Below, one piece after another: positions 1 through 14,090 of a stretch of 64,000 nucleotides of DNA. The notes beneath the pieces are model-generated. The model saw only the letters and a list, made by a program, of their open reading frames with translations, was not told where the DNA came from and made no database searches. The position numbers were made by a program, and so were the translations under genes. The stretch's first letter is position 1. The number at the start of each line of letters is the position of its first letter. Source of the stretch: Octopus sinensis (Eukaryota); NCBI RefSeq assembly GCF_006345805.1, contig NC_043013.1:31372001-31436000 (forward strand), written 5' to 3'.

Positions 1-930
1 ATTTGAATATAATTTTAAAAGTTAGAATATTTGTGCAGTGTCACTCTAATAAAGTATTCTCCACACACACACACACAAATATATATATATATATGTATGT
101 ATGTATGTATATATACACTAGAATTTTAAGTAGTTAAATGACAATCCATTTCGATGTAATTATTTAAATTTTTTATTGGAAATACAATAGATTTGATGGA
201 AAACAAGCTAAGCAACACATTAAGATTTAGATTCTTGTTATCATTTAGATAGATAAAAGAGTTACTGAATCATAAACGACCGTCTCCATTCATAACAAAG
301 ACATATTGAAACTGTTCCGCAGTTCTTTGCTATACGATGTAATATATTTAACGATTTAATGAACTGTAAGTTCTTATCTTGTTGCTATATTTAATGTCCA
401 CTTTTCAATATGATTTCTCCTTCATTTCTTCCGAATTATATCTAAATCTCGGTAGTTATTCATTGAAGCATAGGAAATAGTTTTGATGGCCAGCCTACTT
501 TACTATAAATCATCCACCTCAAAGGCGCTATAATGTGATACAAAGAACTTCTAGATCCTTCATGGAATAATATAATACTCTATATCTACAATGCATATGT
601 ATCTTACCTAGTTTTTACCTGTTATATTTTAATTGAATTTTACTCTGAATTTCCTTGCAAGAAGATATATCAATTCATTAATAGGATGATATAAGTTAAC
701 GTGTATTAGAAATTTTCTTACTTTATTCCGGCTGAAATAATTGGATTTATTGGACCAACAAAAACTGCGACTATTTTATCCAAAATACTTAACAGTTATA
801 TCTCTTTGTGCACAATTTACCCTAGCAAATATTACTTCCCGTTAGATAATATCACACTACGTGTCCCACATTGCAATAACGGAAATAATTAGTTTTTGTA
901 AAGGATCACCAAGGGGAAGATCTCGTTAGA

Positions 931-1264
931 TATTCCTTCCTACTCTAGGTACAAGGTCCGAAAATTTGGGGGAGGGAGCCAGTCGATTAGATCGACCCCA
1001 GTATGTAACTGATACTTAATTTCTCGGTTCCGAAATGAAGAACGGCACAGCTGACCTCGGCAGAATTTAAACTAGAAACGTAAATACAGACGAAATACCT
1101 ATTTCTCTACTACCCACAAGGGGCTAAACACAGAGAGGACAAACAAGGACAGACAAACGGATAAAGTCGATTACATAGACCCCAGTGCGTAAGTAGTACT
1201 TAATTTATCGACCCCGAAAGGATGAAAGGCAAAGTCGACCTCGGCGGAATTTGAACTCAGAACG
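931..1264 (-). mobile_element. tRNA-derived octopus-type SINE, two tandem body units, 5'-truncated at a (TA)n tract
   Basis: Reverse complement of GTTCTGAGTTCAAATTCCGCCGAGGTCGACTTTGCCTTTCATCCTTTCGGGGTCGATAAATTAAGTAC occurs twice (1097-1264 and a more decayed 931-1096). The same family lies at 18504, 57857, 61913 and 62992. Confidence 0.85.
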
Positions 1265-3729
1265 AATATATATATATATATATATATATATCGTCAGTTA
1301 TTAACAATAAAATGTAATCTGCGAAGTAAATTCGCTTACTTGATATTTACTTCAGAAATACAAAAACTGAAATTGTATAATTGGTGCAATGTCACCGGAA
1401 AACATTATCAAACAACTATGAACAAGAAACCCTTAAATTAGATCTTTCGTCCGCGGTCCAGATCGGGGATTTGATAGGGAGGGTTGAACATAACGCAAAA
1501 TATGTAATCGCTTGTGGACGGTATGGTCGAGTTTGTAATGGTGATCTCCAGCAGTTGTTGCATAGAGTATGGGTAAAAAGGGAAGCAATTAATGTGATAG
1601 TGAGGGTAATGAACATGTTCGAGTAAATATTGCTAAATAGTTTGATTAGTGGAAGTTTCGAGTATAGTACGTTTAAATAGAAAGATATTCAGCCATAGGT
1701 TCCAGCGGCAAGGTAGCCAAAATTCATATTCTCGTAGTGTCAGTTTCTATGTTCGTGTTACAATGGCCATCAGAGTGAAAAAGATTTTGCGGAAAGTATC
1801 AAAAGAGGAACAGCAAAAAGAAAAGGAAGTAATACAACATAAGAGCAAGACATTTCAGTTCCCATCAAGTTAAAATATCCTCCCCTTATCTTCATCATCA
1901 CTACAGTTAAGGTGGTGGGATGACAGAATCATTGGAGCGTCGTAAAATAGCATTCTTATATTTAATCCGTTTGTTTACCTTTAAATCCAAACAGGGTGGC
2001 ATCTACCTTCCATCATTTTGGGATAGATAAATTTCAGTATCTTCAAACGACACCAACGTAATTTAGCAAAAAATGCTATATGTCATATACCCATATTAAC
2101 TAACGTACACAACCTGAAATTTATGTGAGATGACCACATAAAGCTGCGTTACTAAAAGTGCATGTTTGATTACATAGAATATAAATGAGGTGAAACAACA
2201 TTTATAACCGTATTGTTTGCTAATGAAAACGGGTGCGTTCCCTAACTAATAATATTAGTGCAAATAAAGTATGTTTATTCGAATTTATTTAATACCATAC
2301 TTGATTCTTAAATTCAATATTTTTTCTCGAGACTTACTAAACTTTTTATTTATAGATTAGCAATCTGCATATAAATATGTATTTTAGTATTTCGAAAGCA
2401 TATATTTATTTTGGGAATATGACAGTTTATTTCATTCGTCTTAGAGTATGAAAGAAGACATATGGCAAAAATACATAGAATGTATTAAAAGCAATCTTAT
2501 CAATTATCGATGATTCCAAGGAGAGAAGAAAATTTTAAAGCCATTAGACATTCAAATGGAAATAATGAATTGAGTGTATAAAAAGTTTTCAGATAAGAAA
2601 AAATAAAGGTATGTGACATCTGTTATCGTTGCACGAAAATTGAAGGAAAAAAAAACAAAAGGAAGTGGATTATGTGTGCCATACAAAACGAAAGGATTTA
2701 TTTTAAAAAGAACTTTGAAAAAAAAGAAATAGTGTGTAGTCAATTATTTGCTAAAATTTCCTATTAGAGACAGAGCCAATATTAGAGATAAAAATGAATT
2801 TCAATGAAATTGTAAAGAATCAAACCGAAATTATTATTTGAAGACATAATATAGGGGAAATGACGTCTGAATATATTGTATGGTAGTTATATAAATACAA
2901 TGATAACTACGCACTCGAGATATTCCATCTTACCGATTCAATGGTGATAAAGAAATGGTAAAGATAAATACAGTATAGAATATATATTAATTTTAAACAA
3001 CTAAAGAAACAGAAAACACAAAGCCCGGTGACCTCAGTGTTTAGTAAACAGTAAATAGGTTAATTAATAAAACGGACTAATGAACTCATTATCAAATGTA
3101 ACGATAAGTTTATTGGATAAAACTCATGAAATTGAATATAGAGAATAAGATATTATTTTAGAAAACAAAATATTATTGCCAAAGTGTTATCTGTGCTAAA
3201 TTCTCAAAGTAACTCGACGATGAATTAAACCAACAATATAATATGAAATGTGTGACTATGTGAGGTTTTATTTTGTCGTTATAAGTTTGTAGAATCAGAA
3301 ATGAGTTTTTGTAGTCCCTTCTTATCCGCCTTCTCTCTATCATTTTTAGCATTATCGCTAATAATTGGCAGAATATCACTGTAAATTATTTCAAGAGGGA
3401 TTTATTTGAAAGAACGAGACTGTTGATATTGTAGTAGAGATATATTTCATTAAATTATGTTCCGATGGTACTATTTTGCCTTGGATTCTCTTCAGTCAAC
3501 GTAATCTGTGACTAACGTTATTCCAACTGTAGCGTGCACCAGAAAAGTATAATCCAACGGATACTGGATAGATCATTTTTCAAGACAACGAGGATTATAT
3601 TAAGAAAACTTTCTCTAACAGTTTAATGAAGAATATTTGTCGAATATATCTAATTCGTATTCTTGTAAGGCTATCGTTCTCCGCTGATGTCTTTTAATGG
3701 ACAACAGACGAAAAGTGCAGTTGCTGATG

Positions 3730-3800
3730 TCCTACAGGAATTAATGGCTGCGATAAAGGCATTTCATGTTGTATGCACGGGTTCTAATCCGATTAGCGAA
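3730..3800 (+). pseudogene. Decayed tRNA-Glu-like sequence or SINE head
   Basis: 71 nt with TAATGGCT (A-box-like), TTTCA in the anticodon-loop position and CGGGTTCTAATCC (B-box-like). The acceptor stem is broken. Confidence 0.3.
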
Positions 3801-4106
3801 GTTAACCAACGGCGAGCCTAGCGATCACGCAGATAGGCGACCGCTAGGTAGAAACTAGGGACTGTAAGCATCTCACACTTCAGGAATGGTAACCCAAATT
3901 AATAGCAGCGTTGATGAACACACACGAAAAATTTCAATGTAGAGGGCACAGATGCGTGACGAAATATTTCCGGACAATGAACATGAGTTAAATTAATTAA
4001 ATAAGAACAGTAACGAACGACTAAAGAAGAAGATATATAGGGCGTGTGTTAATTTTGCAAAAAAATGACCGTACCGTAATACAGCAATATATATATGTAT
4101 ATATAT

Positions 4107-4166
<60 letters not shown>

Positions 4167-4399
4167 GTACATATACATATTTCAATGGTACACCACAGGC
4201 AAGGCAGTAACAATTGCGTACAAAATTACCTGTAATCGTATCGTTTGCGGCCAGCTCTGACAAGTTTTACGTGTACATACCCGTTAGTATTTCTGAGCAG
4301 CTTTCTATTAATATGCGCGTATAAATGTATGTATATGTCAATTTGCATACTTTTTCTGAAATATATAAATATATACGTACCTCCATATTTACATATAAA

Positions 4400-4438
<39 letters not shown>

Positions 4439-6797
4439 TTATATGGAGTCTACTTCAAGCATACTGGATCTCCACTTCATAGTCATCACTCATATGTGTA
4501 TATATATATATATATACACGAACACACTCACAGATACACATACGCAAAGGCACACACATACATAATTATATACATACACATAAATTCACACATGCATAGA
4601 CACACACATACACATACATAATGCATTCATGCATACACACATGCATACATGCGTACATACATACATAGATATGTGCGTGTAAGATGGAAGGCTTTCCTTT
4701 CTTGGACGTGATACGATATAATTTTAAATTAATGTCATAGAAATTGCATGGGAAACACCTCTTTATCTGCGTTTCATAAAGCCTTAGGCTGCAGAAATTC
4801 GATTCTGTTATTAGATGTGATATATTATCTGACCGTTCTCGCAATCTAATAGTTAGAGCGTAAGAAAAAGTAAAACTCGATATGAACGGAAGGTAACTAG
4901 TGACGTTCTATAATAAACAGTATTTGTAAATATAAAGATAAGGCCATTCGAGAATCTGAAAGCAATTGGAGTGTGCAAATGTCAACGCACTTGCTGGAAA
5001 ATTCCCAAGGGAAGCCACTATCAGACACCGTCAATCGTTTCAGACCTAGGAATGCATCAACATCACAAACTACTCAATAACTACATAATGCAGAACAGTT
5101 TGCAAGTGGATAGGTATTTTTCTTTTCATATCTTATGAGTGAGTATTATTTTTTCTATGTGTGTGTATAAACACATATAGAAAACATAGATACTTTGTTA
5201 TCGTAATCCGAACTTCCAAGCTGATCTGCAAATAAAAACTTCTCGATACATGTTTAAATCTGACATTCTTGTATTTGGCTGAAGCCAGATCATTTTCACA
5301 TCACAATTATTAGACTCACAACGCAGTATTGCATTCCACGTAGGTAGAGATACAACGATGGTGAATAAAAAAAGAAATCTTATGTAAGGGTATAGTATTC
5401 AAGATGATGCCTCTCGCTCGGTGTCAATTATACAACTCCCGGTGTAGAATGAAATGTACTTTTCTGTCTACATTTACATAAAAGCTTGCTGTATTGCTTA
5501 TCTAATTCATATGCCATAGCTTGTTGCACGAATTCCCTGACTACATGAATTCTTATCGCATCCTTTGGTAACTGAAACACATAACATTTGCTTTCGATCA
5601 TTGTTTTGTGGTCTGCACGAAATTATGGTAGTTTTACTATTGGAATTTAATGCATTGAAACATTACTGGAGAACTATGCACTGAAATTTACATAAAATAA
5701 GTACAGGATATCAGTTGTGAAAACTCGTCAAAATGTATCAGTTTCGCAAACAGGAGGGAAACTTTGTGTAAGTAGCACGAGTGACAAACAAGTCATTATA
5801 TAAATACATTATGCATATATATTGGTTCACTGAATCACTCATTTTGAAATATTTTTTCAGGTATGAATAGTATTACTTGAATAGATAGTCGATAACTGTT
5901 GCAAGGTTAGTAAAAAGGCGAAACCATTTCGATCGAAAGATTCAGTTGAAAGAAATTAAGAACATAATATCTTCAGAGCATAATAGGTCGCATGCAATGT
6001 GAAAACCAAACTAAAGTTTTAGTTAATTCGTCAATGTTTTTACATCAAGATGTCTAAGTTCTTGTTCAGTGTTAATAGCTCTGTCAATGGCGGAATAATC
6101 CGTTCGTTTGATTGAGGAAAGCCAGAAAACATTGACTCAGCTATGTTAAAGCATATTTGTATAATAAGAAAATAGAGTTCCTAAAGAGAACAACACTGAA
6201 ATTTATGCTTTAGAAACGCATGTGTCGTAATGGTATTAAGAAATTTGCATAAGTCCAACAATTGATCGAAGGTAACCTTATTGCACAAGTAGAATATTAT
6301 GGAAAATATTTCATTACGTTGAGAATTAAACTGTAAAGTTTTGACAGAACTCTGCTATTCACCATTAAGGGATTAGTGTCTCAAACTAAAATGGGGGTAA
6401 ATCGTTGTTAATTATCGTGTAAAATGGGGTTTTATCATCCAAAGTAATCGATTGGCGCATTTGCATATAAAACGAGACGTGTCAAGATTCCAAAAGGAAT
6501 GACAATATCATAAACGTAGCCGACTATTGTGTATGTTTAGGATTTGTTCATAAACTTTATTCACAGCAAATCATATTTCTCTATATCTTTCTCTCTCTCT
6601 CTCTCTCTCTCACTCTCTTTATATATATATATATATATAAATTCATATACATATGTAATTATAGATATATATACATACATATATTCATATACATATATAT
6701 ATATATATATATATACATGTATATATATAAATACTTATATTCATATATATATATATATATATATATACATACATACATACATACGTACATACATACA

Positions 6798-6905
<108 letters not shown>

Positions 6906-7549
6906 CATATATACAATTGTAGATAATTCATTACCTGTACAAGCAAGTAGGACATTCACCTGTGTCTGAGAATATTTATGAAGTAGAACATTTTCATAGG
7001 GTAGGAAAATTGTTTCACTATACATCTTGCAGTGTTGATGTTTCGTTAAGACGTGAATTTTGTGCTTCTCATTCTCGAAATGGTTCAATAAATGTCATGT
7101 CACTTAATATGGAAATTTAAAAAGGCTTCCAATGCAAACACACACACGCATTCACTTACGAACGCTCACACACGCACACACACATATTTATATATACTTC
7201 TTTATATTAATAATTATATTGTCAGTGAGCCCTCGAGGAGGTGCATATTGCTCGAGTAACTCAATGTATAAATATTCTTTTTAATATGTTCCTTTTAAAT
7301 CCACACAGAAAATGCCATAATGCAAATATCTCAATCAAATTATGTGCAGGCTTTTATTTTCCTTCGTTTGCAAAGGCAAATAAGCGTATTATCAGTTTAT
7401 TCATATATTTCCAGAGAAAAATTATATAATGCCTGCATAAAACATATAACTATTTCGTATTAACTAATTGATGGTTATTAAATCGTTATAAAAATAAACA
7501 CTTCAAACGGCATAACTTTAATGCATCGTTGTATATATGAATGCATATA

Positions 7550-7601
<52 letters not shown>

Positions 7602-7703
7602 TATATATATATACATACATATATGTTAGATGGTTTGGAGATGGTGTAAACGTATTTTATATTAGAAGAAATGAGATACTCAGAAATGTATATATATATA
7701 TAT

Positions 7704-7743
<40 letters not shown>

Positions 7744-9857
7744 TGTGTGTGTAGCAAGTCACGCGCAAAAAGAAAACTGAAAAAACTGTAAAAGTCCAAA
7801 GGACGTCCAATGAATAAAAGATTAAGATGGAACGAAAAAGTGGGATGCGACGTTTGCAGCGTAACTCTTCGTCAGAAACAGGAGAGAGGGAAAAGTCTGG
7901 AGATGAAAATACTCAAAGAAAATCACGCGTGTCGTTACTTGACTGAAAAATAAACCAACCGAAAATGACAAGAAATATACGAAGTGGTTTCGAAGGTAGG
8001 AGAGTACGAAAATTGGCATCGTGTTTTTTTTTATATGTGTGACTAGTTACTTGGGTACGTTTGTATTTGTGTTTATATGAGTGATGTGTTTGTGATAACT
8101 TAGGGCTGAAGGGGTAAGTAGCAGTATTTAGTATTCGCGGCCGAGAGTTGAGGTGACTAGGTGAGGTAATTTTTTGTAACGTAGATATTTAGATTCCTGG
8201 CTCGCTGCATGTATAGTGTATCCTTTCGATCTCATTTCTAAAGTAAGCTATTTTAGTTGTAATGAATATTATTGCAAAAATAGGAGCATGTATGCCGCTA
8301 ATCTGCAAAATTTTATGGCGGGGATTTTCTGATTTTTTTAGATGAAAGTAAGCAGAGATATGGAACTAAATTTTTCAGGGAATTTCTCTTCAGATTTTAT
8401 ATTCATTAATATCATTGAATATACCGCATGCCACAAGCTTTTAATATACGGATTTTGTCCCCATTTCTTTCTAAAAGATGCTGGAGTAATAAGCGTCGCG
8501 TGTTCTGCATTCTAATTCTCAATGTATGTCATGGCTTGTAGGCCTGACAAACTTGACACCATTGGATGTCCATAACTTTATTTGTAAGTGAAGCCCTAGA
8601 ACTAAATATGTCCAACAGTACATAGATATACGAAACTAGTGTTCATGTCAGATTACCTAATCCCACGCAGTTATTTTCATTCCTTCTAATTTTTAGGATT
8701 TTCATTGTTTAAAAATTACTGAATTTGATACGAATCATTACCAACATATGAACTAGTTTTCTTATATATTTGTCTGATGTTAGTTTTTGTTTATTTTGAG
8801 ACTGTTTTTCTGTTTACGAGGCTCTGATCCTTCGAGAAATCTTAATGTTTTACCTTTTATAGATACCATTATAAATCACCTTTTTAAAATATACATTTTA
8901 AGTTTATTGCTTATTCTGAACATAATGCCACAACTTATTTTCTCCATTGTCAATAAGCTCTCTCTATATAACAATGATACATCAAACTTGATGCAACATA
9001 AAGTATTTTCTCATGAGTATTCTTAAAAGTTTGACATATAGTGCAGTTCATTTCTCTTCTTCTAATCTCCTAATATACATCTTATTATTTGTTGCCAGAC
9101 ACTATTTATATGTTCAAATGAAAAATTTATTACAATAGAATCGTACCAATTAAGAGAGGTCTCCACCCACATGTAAGACATATTTGATTTAGAGTTCATA
9201 TATTGGAATACAACTAACAGTAAAATTCGGACAAGATAGAAGCAATGAAGAATATTATCCAACAATTGAACTATATTTAATTAGATTTGATTGAAGTTTA
9301 AAGTCTCCTTGCAGAGAGCATATTACCAATAACTGATCTGTAACGTGATTATTTGGTTTTTGAATGGTGATTAATTGCTCACAATAAACAAAGCAATTGT
9401 CCTCTAATTTTTCATGATTTTTCTTTTTAATGATATATCATTTTCGATTGAAGTTACAATTCCATTAAGCGTTTGTTTATTGAGTTATTTGTTCATTGTG
9501 AAATAAATTTAGATATATCCCTAGGAAGCGCTAGGGTCATACCCTCTTTATATAGTGAGGAAAATACATGAATATTATCTGCTCATAATAGTAACTCAAA
9601 GATTATTATTGCTTCGAGTATTTCAAAGCGCGTATGAAGAATCTGCACATGATGGAGCTGGATAGGGTCAATCCATAATGTGTGTGAGTATGTGCGTGTG
9701 TGTGTGTGTGCTTGTTGGCGAGCATGTGTGAATGTGCTTCTGAGTGTGAGTGCGCGCATTTGTGTGTTTGTGTGTATGAATTTATAATGACAAATATGAA
9801 TTTAGAGTGGTAAAGAATGATAATATACACAATTATATATAAGTAATACATATATAG

Positions 9858-9910
9858 ACGGGGCTCTCCGGCAAAACGCTTGCTTCCCAGCCATATGGTT
9901 CCGCGTTCAG
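9858..9910 (-). mobile_element. Short fragment of the second tRNA-derived SINE family
   Basis: GCTTGCTTCCCAGCCATATGGTTCCGCGTTCAGTCCCACTGCG and GACGGGCT resemble pieces of 13684-14090; the fragment is rearranged, so strand is uncertain. Confidence 0.4.
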
Positions 9911-10252
9911 TCCCACTGCGTATATATATAAAAGCTGAGTGAGACAGCATGTTCTTTGTTTATCTCCTTAACTTCTTGAAGATTTTAGGTATAATTATAC
10001 TAATGTGCCAATCTGTTCTAATTTAATTAAATTCTATGTCTTTGTGCAGCTGAATATTGCTCTGCATTTTAAATTTGTGTAATGATTGCACTGTTCAATT
10101 AAATGGAGTTGCATGAAACGATCGTACTGCATTACCTCTGGATATCCTTGTTGGTTTTAATCACCTTACTTTGAAATTGTATGGATAGCACCGTACTAAA
10201 TCCTGGTACCTCAACTTAAGTACCATATTCATCTGAATCTAAATTTTTGCTA

Positions 10253-10313
<61 letters not shown>

Positions 10314-10770
10314 ATATATATATATATTATATATATATATAATATATATATAGGTATGTCTTATTTTCCGTTGTATTTTTATTTAATCCTGAAATATATA
10401 TATATATATATACTTATAAACATACACACACACATATACACACCACACACACATACGCCGAACGGATAAGTGAAACTCTGGTAACAGATTGTAAACATTT
10501 TCCCGCTTTAATACAAAGCGTACTACTCTACGATTAACTTTCCCGCTTGTCTGCCTTTACGTGCGCAATTATGTGTGTGTACGCAATATATAGAGAGAAT
10601 TAGAGACAGGCAAATTACTATATAAAATATTATTGATGCATACATATAACGGATGCTATCTCTACCCACACGCCAGCAATAGGCTTTACTGTGTGTTCCT
10701 CTCTTTTCTCTCTCTCACACACATACTCTCGCTCTCTCCTTTCTCTCTATATCGTTGTTTTTTCTATCTA

Positions 10771-10803
<33 letters not shown>

Positions 10804-11193
10804 ACTTCTGACTTTTCTATCCGACTTGTTGGAAATCTCACTAATGTTCTGATTTGCTGCCGCTTGTTCAGGGAGATACAAATGCAGCATGGCGATTATT
10901 CCGACGCTTTGAGCATTCTAGGCTTGCTTGCATATTATACATCGTACTGTTGGTTGCCAAGAAGTGTCGAGGTTACGAAATTCCAAGTTTTAGTTTTGCA
11001 GGTGAAAAGATAATTTTTGACGCGCTACTTGTCTGATCTCTATGTCATTCTTTCCTATCTTCATACTTGGGTTCTTCCATATATACACAGAAAGACACTC
11101 ACACATGGGTGGGGGGAATATGTGAAAATATATTCACTGATATATGACTTTATGTATTAATACTATGTAAGCATGTATGTATATCCTATGTAA

Positions 11194-11224
<31 letters not shown>

Positions 11225-11245
11225 TATGGGTATATATATGCCTAC

Positions 11246-11277
<32 letters not shown>

Positions 11278-11664
11278 ATAAATAAAAATTCTTAAGTCAT
11301 ATAACTTAGATATTATATTTGAAAATTTCACTAAATGTGTTATTTTAGATTATGGCTTAACTTACCTTTACCATAAGTCTAGTAAAACCGTTAAGTATAC
11401 CCACAGCTTATCAGATCATCCTGAAACTGTTATACAACCTCGCAAGTACAGTTACGTGTTTTAACATATTCATATATTAATAAAGTTTTGTATTCTATCT
11501 TGTGTATATATTAATGCACCTATGGATGTTGTGGAGTATTCCGACCCTTTCAAATATATTGAGTGAATACGAACACTGACCTTTGGAAATTGCTCTTTAT
11601 TAGAGCGCTAATTGGCTGTGCTTTATAAGGGAATAATTATCCCAATTTATTTTTTCATTATGTA

Positions 11665-12225
11665 TACATATATAACATAAAATCCGTTCTGTCTGTCTTT
11701 CTGTGTGTCTTGTAGGATCTCGGGCACCGTCCATCCGATTGCACTCAAATTTGATATGTAGATACCAACGGTATCAGGGCGTGTATAAGTTTTGAAAAAA
11801 AATTACAAAAATCGATTCCAGGTGAGAATGCGATAGATAAAAGCGTGGGAACGTGCATTTGCATGCATCGTTTTTTTCCTACTGCACCTTACCTTTTTGT
11901 TGTTTTTGTACTGCGTAAAGGCACATTTCTTTCCTGCCAAGGTTATTGTTTAAACCATGCTTTTGTTCTCCCAGTGAACACTTTTATCATTACTGGTATT
12001 TTAAACTCTTCAGTTGCATATCTGTGTGAATAAAATCGTTTTTCTTTGGGAAAAAAGTCTATCTTTATTTCTTCTTTTGCTGTTGTCTCACATTTAGGCC
12101 AAATCAGTGTTTCTCAAAGGGGAGGCCTATGGGACGGTCGGACAAGTTGTTCACAGAAAATTTGGTTTAAATGTTTGACAACGCAGCACCGTCTTTGGAG
12201 GGCGTGGGGGGCCTTTTGCTCGTGT
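11665..12225 (+). mobile_element. Probable non-autonomous Helitron/DINE-1-like element, decayed
   Basis: Starts with TATATAACATAAAATCCGTTCTGTCTGTC and has the TCCGATT...AAATTTG block typical of DINE-1-like elements. The end is GC-rich and finishes in CTCGTG, possibly a degenerate CTAG. The layout parallels 36431-36827. Confidence 0.4.
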
Positions 12226-12237
12226 GTATATATATAT

Positions 12238-12309
<72 letters not shown>

Positions 12310-12579
12310 CATATTTGCATATATATATATATCATATAGGTGCCATGTAAATATTAGTAAATTATGTGGAAGTAAATAATCTCGTACCACATTTTAATAT
12401 TACGTATATTTATTTTCATATTCGCACCCCTGAATGGATAAAATGAATATTATACACAAGAAGCTCTAGCATGTGCACATGTATATGTGTATAGCGAAAC
12501 GAACTTTCTTCCGAGGCAGGTATTTTTTTTAGTGTAAGGCAACACATGATGCTGCATTCATAAGCGTCACACACACATA

Positions 12580-12617
<38 letters not shown>

Positions 12618-13683
12618 TATCAACACATACGTACACACACAGAAACTTTCTGTGACAGACTCATACACTCATACACCAACTAAAACAATTACACATATGC
12701 TCACGCACATGTATTCGCACGTGCATAAACACACACACACACTACCTACGCAAGCAATCGCATCTCAGAGATATGTAAAAGAACGGACACGTTTATACCC
12801 AGACATTCACACACAATGTCAGATTGCCAGATACACACACACATACACCTTAACCGAAAATAAAGTTGCACACACGAAATCACGTATACGCTAAACGCTC
12901 ATAGGAAACACGCACATAATAGCTTTATAAACACATATTCGCGTGCACACTCATACATATCTGATAGCCTCATACAACCACACGCATGCATACATCAGAT
13001 AATCTAACATACACACACACACACACCAATACACACATCTACACACGTATAAATACACAGATTATACACGTACAGATTGTTTTATATACATGAAATTGTT
13101 CGTGCACACACACTCACGCGCGTCCATATACACGCACACATTAGCACATATACACAAAACTTCTGGCTCACACACAGATTCAGTTCCGGTCAGTCACATA
13201 GTGGCACCTTGAATTCAACAATATGGCCAATGTAAACTCTAGCCCGGTGGGAATGTGATGTAATTACATAGAATTTATATACATCATTACGGAAGCAGAC
13301 AAAGCTCGTCTCCAAACTTGACAAATTTCTTTTGGGAAACTGAAGAATCCTCCTTCCCCGGTTTGAACAGCTGTCTTAAAGCCTTTGGAAATTTTTCCAC
13401 AACAACTAGTTTTATTAAATCTTTCATGCTCAAAAGGACATAACGCTTTTGTTTTTCGACTTTTACCACCGTTCTCGTACATCAAGTTCTTGATTTGCAC
13501 CCTGATTTACAAAATTAACAGACCATGCGTTCAGAGGCTGACCATTACTTGGAGACTAGAAGCTTCTTATAAAATCCTCCCTAAACTCGTGTCTCTCAAT
13601 GCCAAAATTCTCTTATCGTTCGTATCTCTATACTGTGTACATTAAATGATAAGTATGGTCGTCTGTATTATATGCATATATAT

Positions 13684-14090
13684 AGGCGCAGAAGTGGCTG
13701 TGTGGTAACTAGCTTGCTTACCAATGACATGGTTCCGGGTTCACTCCTACTGCGTCGCATCTTGGACAAGTGTCTTCTACTACAGCCTTGGGCCGACCAA
13801 TGCCTTGTGAATGGATTTGGTAGAAGGAAACCGAAAGAAGCCCGTCGTATATATGTAAATGTATATATGTGTGTGTGTGTGTGTAATTGTGTGTCTGTGT
13901 TTGCCCCCCACCCCAACATCGCTTGACAACCGATGCTGGTGTGTTTACGTCCCCGTAACTTAGCGTTTCGGCAAAAGAGACCGATAGAATAATACTAGGC
14001 TTACAAAGAGTAAGTCCTGGGGTCGATTTCGTCGGCTAAGAGCGGTACTCCAGTATGGCCGCAGTCAAATGACTGAAACCAGTAAAAGAG
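13684..14090 (+). mobile_element. tRNA-derived SINE (second octopus family) with internal (TA)/(TG) microsatellite
   Basis: Head GGCGCAG.AGTGGCTGTGTGGTAA (A box) and GGTTCACTCC (B box); CORE-like CTTGGACAAGTGTCTT; tail CAGTCAAATGACTGAAACCAGTAAAAGAG. Reverse copies lie at 19947-20306 and 49268-49719. Confidence 0.85.

Noticed and set aside
1381-1873. Two plus-strand ORFs and one minus-strand ORF in a less AT-rich patch
   Set aside because: I recognise no motif in any frame; other frames have many stops. Possibly an old retroelement relic, but unsupported.
7790-8170. CpG-containing, purine-rich stretch with GTAAGT at 8114 as a possible first exon or promoter
   Set aside because: Nothing links it to the receptor without transcript data; similar patches exist elsewhere (e.g. 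10620-11000).
13200-13645. Coding-looking stretch (KLDKFL on plus, CKSGCKSR on minus)
   Set aside because: Only isolated short motifs on opposite strands and no coherent frame; may be a transposon relic but cannot be assigned.
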